Of a stretch of 62,358 bases of DNA, positions 37,668 to 49,400 are shown one piece after another. A program made the position numbers and the translations under genes. The notes under the pieces are model-generated. The model had not been told where the DNA came from and ran no database searches. It was given only the letters and a program-made list of their open reading frames with translations. The DNA is from Vermamoeba vermiformis (Eukaryota): the NCBI GenBank assembly GCA_045837725.1, contig JBEWZL010000287.1, positions 124,001 through 186,358 of the forward strand. The letters run 5' to 3'. Every line of letters begins with the position of its first letter. Within the stretch, counting starts at the first letter, position 1.

Positions 37668-40600
37668 TTATAACGTTTCGAAGACGTTCTTTTTGGCGTA
37701 TTTCTTGGTGCACACCAACGACGTGATGAGCACAGCAAGAGCTGCACCGAGCACCAAAGCAATGGCACCAACGATCCAAGGATTGGCATCCGAAAGAACT
37801 TGTCCTACGCTCTCAGGTCCCTTTGAAGGTGATTCTGCAGGCGTGTTAGTGTCGCTCAGTGACTCCACAAAGCTCAGTTTTTGAGTGAAGGCACCGCCGT
37901 CCGCGTAAGTCAACCACAAGCTGACGTCAAGCGAGACGTTTGATGGCACGTACGATGGCGTGAAGCAGCCCACGTGATTGTCATCGAGTCGGAATGCACC
38001 CGTGGTAGCTAATTCGAAATGTCAATCACTGAATTCAAAATATGACACGTGTCAACATAATTTTTCCAAGCTAAGACGCTATTGGCATCAATATAATATC
38101 ACATACCATATTGGAAGACGCAAGTCAAGCAGTCACCAGACAAAGTCGGGCGTGCAGATTGACCGAAGCAGCCCTTGAACTCGCGAATAGTGTCCTTGAC
38201 TTCAACTTCGATCCAGTTCTGTGAGTTGCTCTTCACTTCACTCGTGCTCAATTTGACGACAGTGGCAGGGTCTAACAAATCAAATGAGTGTCAAACTTAA
38301 AAGTCAACTACGATTACTTACACCAAGTCTGAAAAGCGTATGGACCAAAGGTCTTGCCGTTATATTCAATTTTGAACGAGTACATGGCAGGTTCTAACGG
38401 CTTTTCAGCAGTAAAAGTTGCGCTGATGTAATCAAGTGCGCCTCCAAATGTCATAGTGGATGTCTCCAAAGTGATGCCATAGTTCAGTTCGGTCACTGTA
38501 GCATTAGCGATTGAAGAGTTGAAGTTGGTGCCGGTCCAAAAAACAGATACTAAGGAAAATGATAATTAATACGCATATGACTTAAGAAGATGGTTGAAAT
38601 GAGGACTTACGAGTTTGAGTGCCGTTGAGCAAAGGAGCACCAACAACGGGCGATGACAAAATAGTAGGAGCATCGTTAATTTTAGCGCTGCAAGGGACAG
38701 TCTTGTTCAGACCAGTAGCGAAGACAGCCAGCTCAAGTTGAGCACAGTCAGCGGCGGTAATAGTGAGATTCGATGATTGGCCAGTGATAGGGTCCTTCAA
38801 GACAGTGCCGTTTTGAAGGAATTCATTGCAAGCCTTAATATGAAAAATTGAGTTTGCGACAAGATGCTAATGTCCGATAGGGCCTACCTGTGTCAAGAGG
38901 GCGGCGTGCTGAATGAAGTTGGTAGTTGAAGTGTGCGAGCCAAGTGCACGGATGTAAATGTTGAAAGCCTTGATCAAACCAACACCATCAACAATGACGT
39001 TGTTCACAAAACCTCCATCGACGAAGAGAGCGTAGGCTTGGTTGGGAACTCCGGAGTTTGAGTGCACGCCTCCGTTATCGATTGCAGGATTGCAACTAAG
39101 AGAGGCCTTAGTAAAATATCACCACTTGATAAACGGTTCAGACTTACACGAAGGTTGAGTCAGTGGTCGTGGCAGGATGCTTGTAGCAAGTCGGGTTGTA
39201 CATGTCACGAATGCCAATAGTATAACCAGCAGTAGATAACTTGGGAATAGCCTCAGTCACTTGATCTCCGATAACCCAACGAAGACTCTCGGAAGTATTG
39301 AAATCGCAGCGTCGGTGAGAACGTGGAGGGTAGTATCGCGGTACTTGAAGCATGAGTTGTGTGCTTTCACCGATGATGTCAGCATATGCTTCATTGAGAG
39401 CTCCGGACTGGCCTTGATAAACCAAATTTCCACCGTAAGAGCTGACATAGGCTACGTTCCAGGGTTAGCGAAACACGGTACGTCGAAGCAAAAAATTTAA
39501 CGTGGATGTACTCACCATGACCCCATTCATGGGCTACAACATCAATACCAGCCATGCCAGGGCAGAAGAATGTGTGATTAGCGTTGAAGTAGGCGTTGGG
39601 GCATCGAAGCAAGCTTGGTGCGACTTGCATTTGCATCAATGTACCTGACAAACGTAATTCAGCAACCAAGGCTCCGTATAGAGGTGTGCTTACCGTTGTT
39701 GTCCCAAGAATTATAATCAATGAGATTGCTGAAAATAGTGTACACGGTCTTGCTAGCCAACAGCAAATTCTCGATGGTCGCGTCAGTTGTGTTCTTCGGA
39801 TCCGAGACTTCATCCCATGATGTTTGCAAAGAGCCATCTTGCCAGTTAAATCCCAAAATCTGTCTGTGGAGTGCGTGTCGGATCGTTGACATGTGCGAGA
39901 TGATTTTGCCGTCGTGTGCATCCACGAACACTTCGTAGCCGAGGGTGATCGGTTGTGAGCTCTGTACAACAATTTTGTGGACAAGATGGATTGTGTCGTA
40001 AATAGAAGGGCCAGTAAGACCTTGTTTGAAGATCATAAGGCCGGTAGGCTCAACAGACCAAGACTGCGAATCCGGATGCAACATAGAGAGCATTTTCAAA
40101 GTTACTTCAATGGCCTTTGATTCATCAACTCTTGGTTCAGTGTCGACCGAGGAGAGTTCTTTTGGATGTATCAAAACGCCGCTTAAACTAGTAATGTGGG
40201 CGTTATGATTGAATTTGATTTTCAGATCGCCTCCAAAAACTTCGACACCTTGGAACTTCTGCTTGTAGTGATGCGTAGACCAATGCGCGATTTGTTTGTC
40301 CAGAAATTCGTGTTGAAAAGTCAAATCAGCCACTGTGAGCCCATTAAAGCTACTAGAATGTTCGTTGAGAAATTCAGCTACCAGATCTTGTTTTGATTGA
40401 GTCAAATGAACCACTCCTTGCTTTGGCATTTTATGATACGGCTCATTGAGTGTAATTAAAAAGGGCATGTTGGTGTTCTCGTTGTTAACGATCGAGAATT
40501 CGCTTGATCGAGCCAAGCCTGTAGAAAATTGATTTTAATAAATATAATCGCTGTTGATTATTTAATAAATATTTTTTGATTTTTTAAATTAAACTGGTCG

Positions 40601-40696
40601 AGTTGCGAGAACGGTCCCGTCTACCGGGCAGATCGTCCAAACGTACGCACCAATAAAAGCCAAGCACAAAGAAAGGACCAGTATCGAACGCTTCAT
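37668..40696 (-). CDS. Membrane-anchored M4 (thermolysin-family) zinc metallopeptidase
   Basis: Signal MKRSILVLSLCLAFIG; FTP-like (HYKQKFQGVEVFGG) and PepSY-like (VFVDAHDGKII) propeptide; NAYF, DVVAHEWGH, SGALNEAYAD, GVHSNSGVPN; C-terminal TM WIVGAIALVLGAALAVLITSLVC. Confidence 0.88.
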
Positions 40697-40862
40697 TGTT
40701 GGTCGTGTGTCTGAGCTGCACGAAATAACGAAAAAGAAGATTGTTATTCATAACCTGCGAACTTTCCACGCGAACTTCCCAACAAAATTGTGCAGTATTT
40801 TTACCGCGACCAAAGCTACGGCCGTATATAACAATTTATACAAACTACTGTACAATGACATA

Positions 40863-43274
40863 TTACTTAGGGGGAGGGATGTCTCTCGGTCTAGGTCTGG
40901 GTGCTCCGCCCAAACGGTGCATGACCGGCGGTCCAACTGGGCTGAGCTTCGGTTTGGGTACTAAGCTGACACAACGGCCCATTTCAGCATATTTGTGCAA
41001 GGTTGTTTCATCGCTCACTAAGAATCAAAGTGTTAACATCTACAGTAAAACACGATCGAATCTTCTGTACGTGCCTGAATAGACAGTCTTTTGACACTTG
41101 TCACAAAATCGTTCGTTTTCGTTTTTGCCTGTTTTCATCTTTTCCCACAACAACGGGCATTGAAACTCAAAGTCGCAGTTTTCTGTTTGAACTCGTTAGA
41201 TTGGTGGTCAATAGCTCTCGAGCTCGTTGTAGGTACGTACCGATGAAATTCTTGCTGCTGCCCTGAGCTCTAGGCACAGCCGCTGAAGGTTTCACACTAG
41301 AGCGGCGTTTGTACAAGGTGTACCATGATTTGAGTTTCAGTTTCGCGTTTTGCATTGGCCACTTAGCAAGGAACAGACGCTTCCAAATGAGGTTATCGCA
41401 CGCAACCTGACTGAAGTTTTTGTTGACGTGGCGGAACTCGAGTGCTAATTCAGGCGATGTGACCGCATAAGACAGAATTACGGCAAGGATTTCCGTAGGC
41501 ACAGATTTCATTCGATCAGTTTTGTCGCTGCGATAATCAGGGATTGAGCGCACGTCAATTTTGAACGGTCCATTCAGTTCAACAGTGAACGACACCTCCG
41601 AATCACTTTTGAATGACACACCAGGGAAACAATCCATGCCTTTATGAATAGCCGCGGGAAAGTTGCCGAGCATCTGTCCGTTTTTGGTGAAGAAAAGACG
41701 TCGCGTATTGTAACTGTCATACAATATACCAACTCCAATCGTGTCGCCAGCTACGATAAATTTCAGCGCTGAAACCACGATAAAAGTTTGTGACTTACCT
41801 TCAAAGCCAGGGAAATACGACGGTTCTTGAGTAACGATGTTATGCGATACCTATACAGAAGAGAGATTAGATTAATGAGTTATTATATGACCCGTTTACA
41901 ATACTTACAGTTCCATTATTAAAGTATCCGTAGCTGTTCTGTTGCAATCCAAGCATTTGATTCTGAACCCATATTTGATTGCCAATACCAACACCGACGA
42001 AACTGTTCGGTGCAAATTTGGTAAACGTTACTTCCATATATGCATTTGGCACTGGTTGAGTCTCGATCTTTGACAAGTTCCAACGTCGATTTGAGATCAT
42101 GCTGCAGCCAAAAGGGATCTTAGCGTCTTTGTTCAATTGTAATGAAAACGCGTTGCCATCTACATTCATTACTGAAGCTAAGTGTTTGACCTCGAGGTGA
42201 GTCGGATTGTTCGACGAATTTTTTGAGACTTCAACGGTGGACTTGTCAGCCTTCTTGGTCGAATTTCCAGTAATAGCATCTCCGCTAAGATTTCCAAGAG
42301 CTTCCGCGACCAAAATCGGTTTTTTAATCCCTTTCGCACAAGCAGGGCACTCATCATAAACTTGGCACGTGATGCAATGATACACCTCGCCACTTTGATC
42401 CGTCTTGCACTGATCGCAGTTGTAGTTGCCGTTGTAATCTTCGTTGAAGCAGATAGGATCATTTGCTCGCTCAAATCTTATTAGTGCGTGTTCGTGAGTG
42501 GGTGACTTGACCATTTTTCTTGACAACTCTCGCACACTCGTTTCGCAGGTCTCGCAAATACGATAATTATGGCAAAATTCACAGGTATATCCTTTAAAGT
42601 AAATTAGCTCAGTCTATAACGGAGTGAATGAGCGAGAACAGATCCGGTTACCTTGCCAAGCTTTGTTTGAGCATAGTTTGCATTTCAACGCTTCTGTAAT
42701 GTGAATTGATGTCGCTTGTAGTCCTCCAGTGTATTGATCCGAATTTGTTGCGCGAGTAAGAGGGTGGGGGTGCGCGGCATTGCGGGCTGCCTGCAGCATT
42801 CGAGTTAAATTGATCTTATTGATCCATTCATCGGCTCCCTAGAATCGTAGTAATATTAACTATTGTTAATAGTTGATGTTACTCACCTTAGCATCCGCCG
42901 CAGAAAACATGGGTCCACTTGAGTAGTCAGATTCCGGTACTGTGTTGACTACAAACACCTCAGGATAATTTGCTCGCCTAGATCTTGTAGTAGTAATCGT
43001 AGGCCCAACCTTAACAAGCTTTGTGGCCTGCGATTGGAATTTTAGAATTCAAATCCGTAAAGATATTACCGTTTAATTAATTTAATTCATAATTAATAAT
43101 AGTATGGACAATTAATAATTTCGGTATATTATTTAAGCTTGCCTTATCAACTTGATATTCGAGAGACGCATCTGAGAACAAGGTCAAAACTGTATCGCTC
43201 CAGGAGGCGATGTATTGTTCTCCAAGAACCTTTACATTGCCTTGAAGAACAATCGATCTCTTGTTATCGGCCAT
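40863..43274 (-). CDS. Multidomain protein: PH-like, two Cys/His zinc modules (ZZ/DC1-like), SPRY, F-box, C-terminal Cys domain
   Basis: ADEWINKINL; CDQC..YHCITCQVYDECPAC; AYMEV..VGVGI..SYGY..GDTIGVGI..LFFTKNG; SVPTEILAVILSY..DNLIWKRLFLAKWP. Confidence 0.75.
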
Positions 43275-43663
43275 GTTGGTTTCAAATTTAAGATTGGCTT
43301 CGCAACCAATTAAACCCAAATAACTTTTCTATATCATTGTAGGTAATTAAACGCACTGACAGGGGTGACAATTTGGAATTCCATAGATTTTTATCGTGCC
43401 GAAGATTTAGGCGTAATTTGATGTTGCATCTTTGAGTAGCCTTCAGGATGGTCCAAAACGCCAGGACGATCGCGAGTCCAGTGAGCAAATAGGATGGAAA
43501 GTACGGTTGCAGCGGGGTTAGGACTTAACTTTTGAAGTTTTGCAAGGCGCTCGTGCATTTCCGCCGTCGATCTATCGGATCGGCCGATCGTCGTGAGGGC
43601 TTGTCTTAATTACTCGTTTATTTATAATAACAAGGTCAAAAAGGTTTTTATAACCATGATATC

Positions 43664-44901
43664 TTATTTCTTCGATTTACGAACGGATTGCAAGCGCGCT
43701 TTGTGGGCCTCATTAACGTTGGGTTTTCGCTGCGGCTTGACTTCATCATTTGAGAATCCAGGCACGCGAATGTTCCAATTTTTTTCTACTCGACAGTTAG
43801 ATATGTTTGTTTTGTATAGCGTATCATAGCGAGGTTATACTAACCCAGATATAACTGCAGATCCTTTGTTTCGAGAGTGTTGGATCCGCGATGCTTAGCT
43901 AACGTGCACGCAAAATTTGTAACATTGTCAATAAACTCCTCAGCAATAATCATCAATAGCTATAATAATATTGTATTAGTAACGTCTTCTAAGCTTCCTC
44001 AATAGTGAAAATATGTCACGTGTACACCGTGTAACACGGGTACTTACATCTTCAGCCTCAGTGTCCAATTTTTCTCGAGGATCAACTTGTGCTAATAATT
44101 CTTGCAATCTTTGACGGGAAATAATTTCTTGTGACTCAGGAGGTTGTAAGTTTGGTCTGTAACGTGGTCAAGTTAGCAAAGTACAACGCCTACTCGACAC
44201 AGCATTCTACGTACTTTGTAATAAGCTGAGGAACTGGAGGCACCATCATTGGACGAGGAGCACCTCCTGGCATTGGTTGTCCCATTCCTGGTTGACCAGG
44301 CTGAACCTAATTAGTACGATCCGTAAGTAAAGAATGCCGAATCAATATCGGTGATATTAATTTTTAGCACGTGTTATATCATTATTTAAAACAGTTATAG
44401 CCTTTCTTATGAAAATAGACGAAAACTATTTTTTGTAATAAAATAAATTTACTTATATTAAAATCTAAATCGGTTGTAAATGCATAAAACCGTTACTTGT
44501 AATATTTACTAGTTTTTAAAAAATATCTAAAAGCGTTCGATAAGAAATAAAGTAGATGGGTGTTTCGAAACACAAAAACTTACCTGCATCGGTGGCTGGT
44601 TCGGCGAGCCCTGCATAGGCATTCCTGTCCTCTGTTGCTGTTGCTGCATTATTAATTGGGGATTTATTTGCATGCCACCGTGCATAAACTGCTGATTCGT
44701 CGCGACGGGGATGGCATTTTGACCTAGCGCTTGATTTAATTGTGCTTGGCTTATTTGCTGGGATGGCGGCTGTGTAATAAAAGTATTTGGATTGACTAAG
44801 CGAGGGTTGGACTGCATTGTAGGAATGTTTAGTGGATTTTGTGGCGGGCCTTTTGGAAAGTTAGGCGGCAGCTGACCAGGTTGATTAGGTGGAAAGGACA
44901 T
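43664..44901 (-). CDS. TAF12: TFIID/SAGA subunit TAF12 (Q/P-rich N-terminus plus histone fold)
   Basis: [59 protein letters not shown]...WNIRVPGF...AHKARL. Confidence 0.93.
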
Positions 44902-45329
44902 TATTAATATATAACAAATAAATATATATGTACAAAATTGACTTCGCCCGTGTGGTCGTTGTGGTTGAAAAATGAATGAAATAAAATTTGACCGTTTTTA
45001 TTTCTTTTCACCAACTTTTCTGGATTCGAACACGGACGAACGAGCAAAGACCCATATTAAGAGGGTCTATAAGCTTATTGGTAGGTTCGATATTTCAGCT
45101 AACACGTCATCCGACATCTGTCCCTTGATTCGGTTTCGAATCCGTTATTATTGCTTGACTACGATTTGCGATAGTTAAATATTTATTTTCTTAATATTTA
45201 GGACGTGCAATCACTCTGTGCAATTGAATTAAAGAGAGCTGAAGGTTTGAGTTCAATTAGCAAAATTTCTCAGCTGCACATACGACGAATATTTAGTCAA
45301 CATTACATATATTATTAACAGTGTATATA

Positions 45330-46268
45330 ATGACGGCAAAGCAGTTTAATAGCGATCTGTTGGTAAGCCTAATTTGATTTTATATTTTTATTTTATAAAA
45401 TTAATTATAAATGGTAGGATATTGATCAAGATGACCTAAAAGAAGTGCTTAGATGTAAGATGCAATATTAAAAATAATTATTATCATCTTACTAACCACA
45501 GAACCGAACAGGCATGATCCACACAATTCTATTTCAGCGAGCATTGGGACTTATTAAACCAAAAGACTATCACATAGAAATACTCGATTTTTATTACGTA
45601 AGTACACTTTATATAAGAGACTAGCGTCAGTGTCGCGGGCTACGGATGGTCTTACCTAAATCCATTTCTTTTATTAGGTGCAATGTGATCATCCTGATCT
45701 GATTAAAAGAATAGAAGAAAGAATAGACGCTATAGTTAGCAACTTCGTTAAGAAGCCCAAAGAAATGTTACAAGTTGAGATCTCGTTTCATCACAAGGTC
45801 GAGAAGTCCAAGCAAAGCTGGTTCGGCAAGAACGAGATGGTTTGTTGGGAACAATGGTTTGTAAATTTGAAAGTCGGAAAGCCCGCTCCAAAGACACCTG
45901 GTACGTTAAAACCCTCGTGCCATCTCAGGCGATCGAGATCTTCACTCGCTGAGCAGAGTTATTTCGTAGCGATTATTTTTAGACGATAATAACGCATTTC
46001 ATTAGAGAAAAGAGATCAACTTGAGTCACAGCTTCGAGACCGCGTTATTTGGGTCATCCAGCAAAGTACAGAAAATAGAAACCACATACCGCCCTTGACG
46101 ACAAATGAGGTCGCTCCATTCCCGTTCAAGGTAATATAATAATATTTAATAGCGTGGATGAATACTAACCGGTCTGGATTGCAGATTTCGACAGAACAAA
46201 GCTCCGACAAATGGTACGGCGTATTTATCGATATTTTTAAAGGAGCGAACCCAGATATTGTTTCATAA
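45330..46268 (+). CDS. ATG101: Autophagy-related protein 101
   Basis: LKEVLRC|MIHTILFQRALG..PK, WF finger SWFG..VCWEQW, NHIPP...FPF. Confidence 0.9.
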
Positions 46269-46430
46269 TCACTTGTACATAGCAATGGTGCGTTAAATGT
46301 AAATAAACTTCAAACCAAACAGTTTTTTTGCCGCTCTTACAAGCGCGGGAAATTCAAAAAATGAAAAGAAAAAAATGGTTGCAGTTCATTCGTAACGTGC
46401 AGGCAATACCACAACTGGCAGGTCTCAATC

Positions 46431-49400
46431 ATGAGTGACTCAGAGATGTCCGATATAAGCGAGGTCGACTTTGAAGACGACTTCGAGGAGACACCCAAGA
46501 AGGTAACGATCGAATCTTGCTTGCAGAATTTTTTAAAATATTCTCTCCTACTGAATGTACGTTAATAATGGATGTAAATAATAGAAAGCACCTGCCAAGG
46601 CTGCTCCTAAAAAAGCTGCGGCGAAAAAAACATCTGACGAAAAACCCGCCAAAAAGAAAGCAGCTCCGAAAAAGAAGAAAGCAAGCGACGATGAGATGGA
46701 CTTGGATGATGACGACGATATGCCCATGCCCATTGACGATGATGAGGACGAATCGCCCCAAAGTACGTCAGATTTAAAAATTAAATTAATTGTTGCGAAT
46801 CTTTTTTGATTGAAGCGACGCTCATATCGAAATTAATATAGAGCCCGCCAAACCAAAGAAAAATAAGACCGTTGATGAGACATACACAAAGATGGATCAA
46901 CGCGAGCACGTACTTGCGCGACCTGATATGTACGTTGGCTCGACTCACAAGATTAAAGGTAAATAACAGGTTCTATTTACTATCGGCGGCTATAAATATT
47001 AACAACTCCTAATAGAACCTCAATACGTCTATGACGATGAGAAAGGCGGCATGATCCTCAAGAACTTGACTTATGCCCCTGCTTTGTACAAGATTTTCGA
47101 CGAAATTCTCGTGAATGCAGCCGATAACTACCAACGTGATAGCTCTATGAGCACTATTAAAGTCACTCTCGACAAGGAGAAGAACTTGATCAGCGTTTAC
47201 AACGACGGAGCAGGTAAGCAAACAAGAGACCAATAGTGCATTAATAGTATACGGTAGTCGTATTATATCAATACCTATTAATCGTTGCATAAACAGGTAT
47301 TCCTGTCAAGGTCCACGAGCAACACAACATCTGGATCCCTGAAATGATTTTCGGTCATTTGTTGACTGGTTCCAACTTCGATGACGAAGAAGACAAGGTT
47401 ACTGGTGGTCGTAACGGTCTCGGAGCTAAGTTGGCCAACATTTACAGTTTGGAATTCACCGTTGAAACTGCCTCATCCAAGTTCAAGAAAAAGTTCAAGC
47501 AGACTTACCGCGACAACATGATCGAGAAGGAGAAGCCTCGCGTTACTGACAACGCTAAGGGCGAAGATTGGACCGAAATTACTTTCAAGCCCGATCTGAA
47601 GCGCTTTGAAATGGAGGAGCTCGAAGACGATATGATTGAGCTCATGCGCCGTCGTGTTTGGGACGTTGCTGGCTGCAACTCCTCGCTCAAGGTACGTTCG
47701 TGCATTGTTTATCTCGTTAGACTCTTTGACTGATCCGTGCACAGGTGTACTTGAACGGCAAGAGATTGATGGTCAAGAGTTTCACTGATTACGTCAAGAT
47801 GTACTTCAAAGACGATCCTACACGCGATGTTGTCTTCGAGAGGGTTCTCGATAAGACTGGCAAGCGCCGTTGGGAAGTCGCTGTCACGAGTAAGACAAAT
47901 TTTCATGTTCGAACGTCATGTCTAACTTTGTTCCTAACAGACAGTGATGGTGAGGCTAAGCAAGTCAGTTTTGTGAACAGTATTGCTACTACTCGTGGTG
48001 GTACTCACATCACTCACGTGGCCACAAAAATCGTGAACTACTTGCAACCTATTGTCAAGAAGAGAAACAAGGGTGCTGAGGTCAAGCCGTTCCAGATCCG
48101 TAACCACTTGTGGATCTTCGTTAACGCACTGATCAACAACCCCGAGTTCGATTCTCAGACTAAGGAAACTCTCAAGAGCAAGCAGAACGCCTTTGGTTCC
48201 AAGTGCGAGTTGACTGAGGCCTTCTACAAGAAGCGTAAGTTCACAGCGTTGTTTACTGTGACACGTGTCTCATATTCTATTCAGTTGCCAAGGGCCCCGT
48301 CGTCGATCAAATCTTGACCTGGGCTCAAAACAAGGGCATGGGAGACTTGAAGAAGGTCAGCGGCAAGAAGACCTCCAAGTTGACTGGTATTGCCAAGCTC
48401 GATGACGCCAATCAGGCTGGTGGACGCAAGGCCGCTGATTGTACCTTGATCTTGACGGAAGGAGATTCCGCCAAGACTTTGGCTGTCTCTGGTTTGAGTG
48501 TCGTTGGTCGCGATTACTATGGTGTTTTCCCGCTTAAGTAAGATACTTTCATGACGTTTTCATCTTCTCAATTATTAATTTTGATCTTAGGGGTAAATTG
48601 CTCAACGTGCGTGACGCCACTAATGCGGCAATTAAGAAGAACGAAGAAATTATTGCCTTGACGAAGATTATGGGTCTTCAATTCTCTACTCAATACTCTG
48701 ACGTCACCAAGTTGCGTTACGGACATTTGATGATTATGGCCGATCAAGATCACGACGGTTCTCACATCAAGGGTCTCGTTATCAACTTTATTCACAAGTT
48801 CTGGCCTTCTTTGCTCAAGGTCCCTGGCTTCATGCTCGAGTTCATCACGCCTATCGTCAAGGTTACTAAGGGCAAGAACTCCGTTTCGTTCTTTACTATT
48901 CCCGAGTACGAGGCTTGGAAGGAGAAGAACAACACTGCTGGTTGGAAGATCAAGTACTACAAAGGTCTTGGTACTTCCTCTGCTGAAGAAGCTCGTGAGT
49001 ACTTCTCGGCCTTGCAAAAGCACCGAAAGGAGTTCATTTACAAGGGCGACAATGACGACGAAGCTATTGACTTGGCATTCGCAAAGAACAAGGCTGACAA
49101 CCGTAAGGATTGGTTGCGCAACTACCAACCTGGCACTTTCTTGGACAACTCTATGGCTAGAATTCCTTACAACGACTTCATCAACAAGGAGTTGATTCTC
49201 TTCTCTTTGGCCGATTGTCAACGTTCTATTCCTAGCTTGGTCGACGGTCTCAAGCCTGGTCAACGCAAGGTCTTGTTCTGCTGCTTCAAGCGTAACTTAA
49301 AACAAGAAATCAGAGTGGCTCAGCTCAGCGGTTACGTCTCCGAGAAGTCCATGTATCACCACGGTGAAGCCAGTTTGCACTCCACTATCATTGGTATGGC

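Noticed and set aside
45062-45145. tRNA-like A-box (AGCTTATTGGTAG) and B-box (GGTTTCGAATCC) words
   Set aside because: No acceptor-stem complement or anticodon arm, and the T-loop has an extra base
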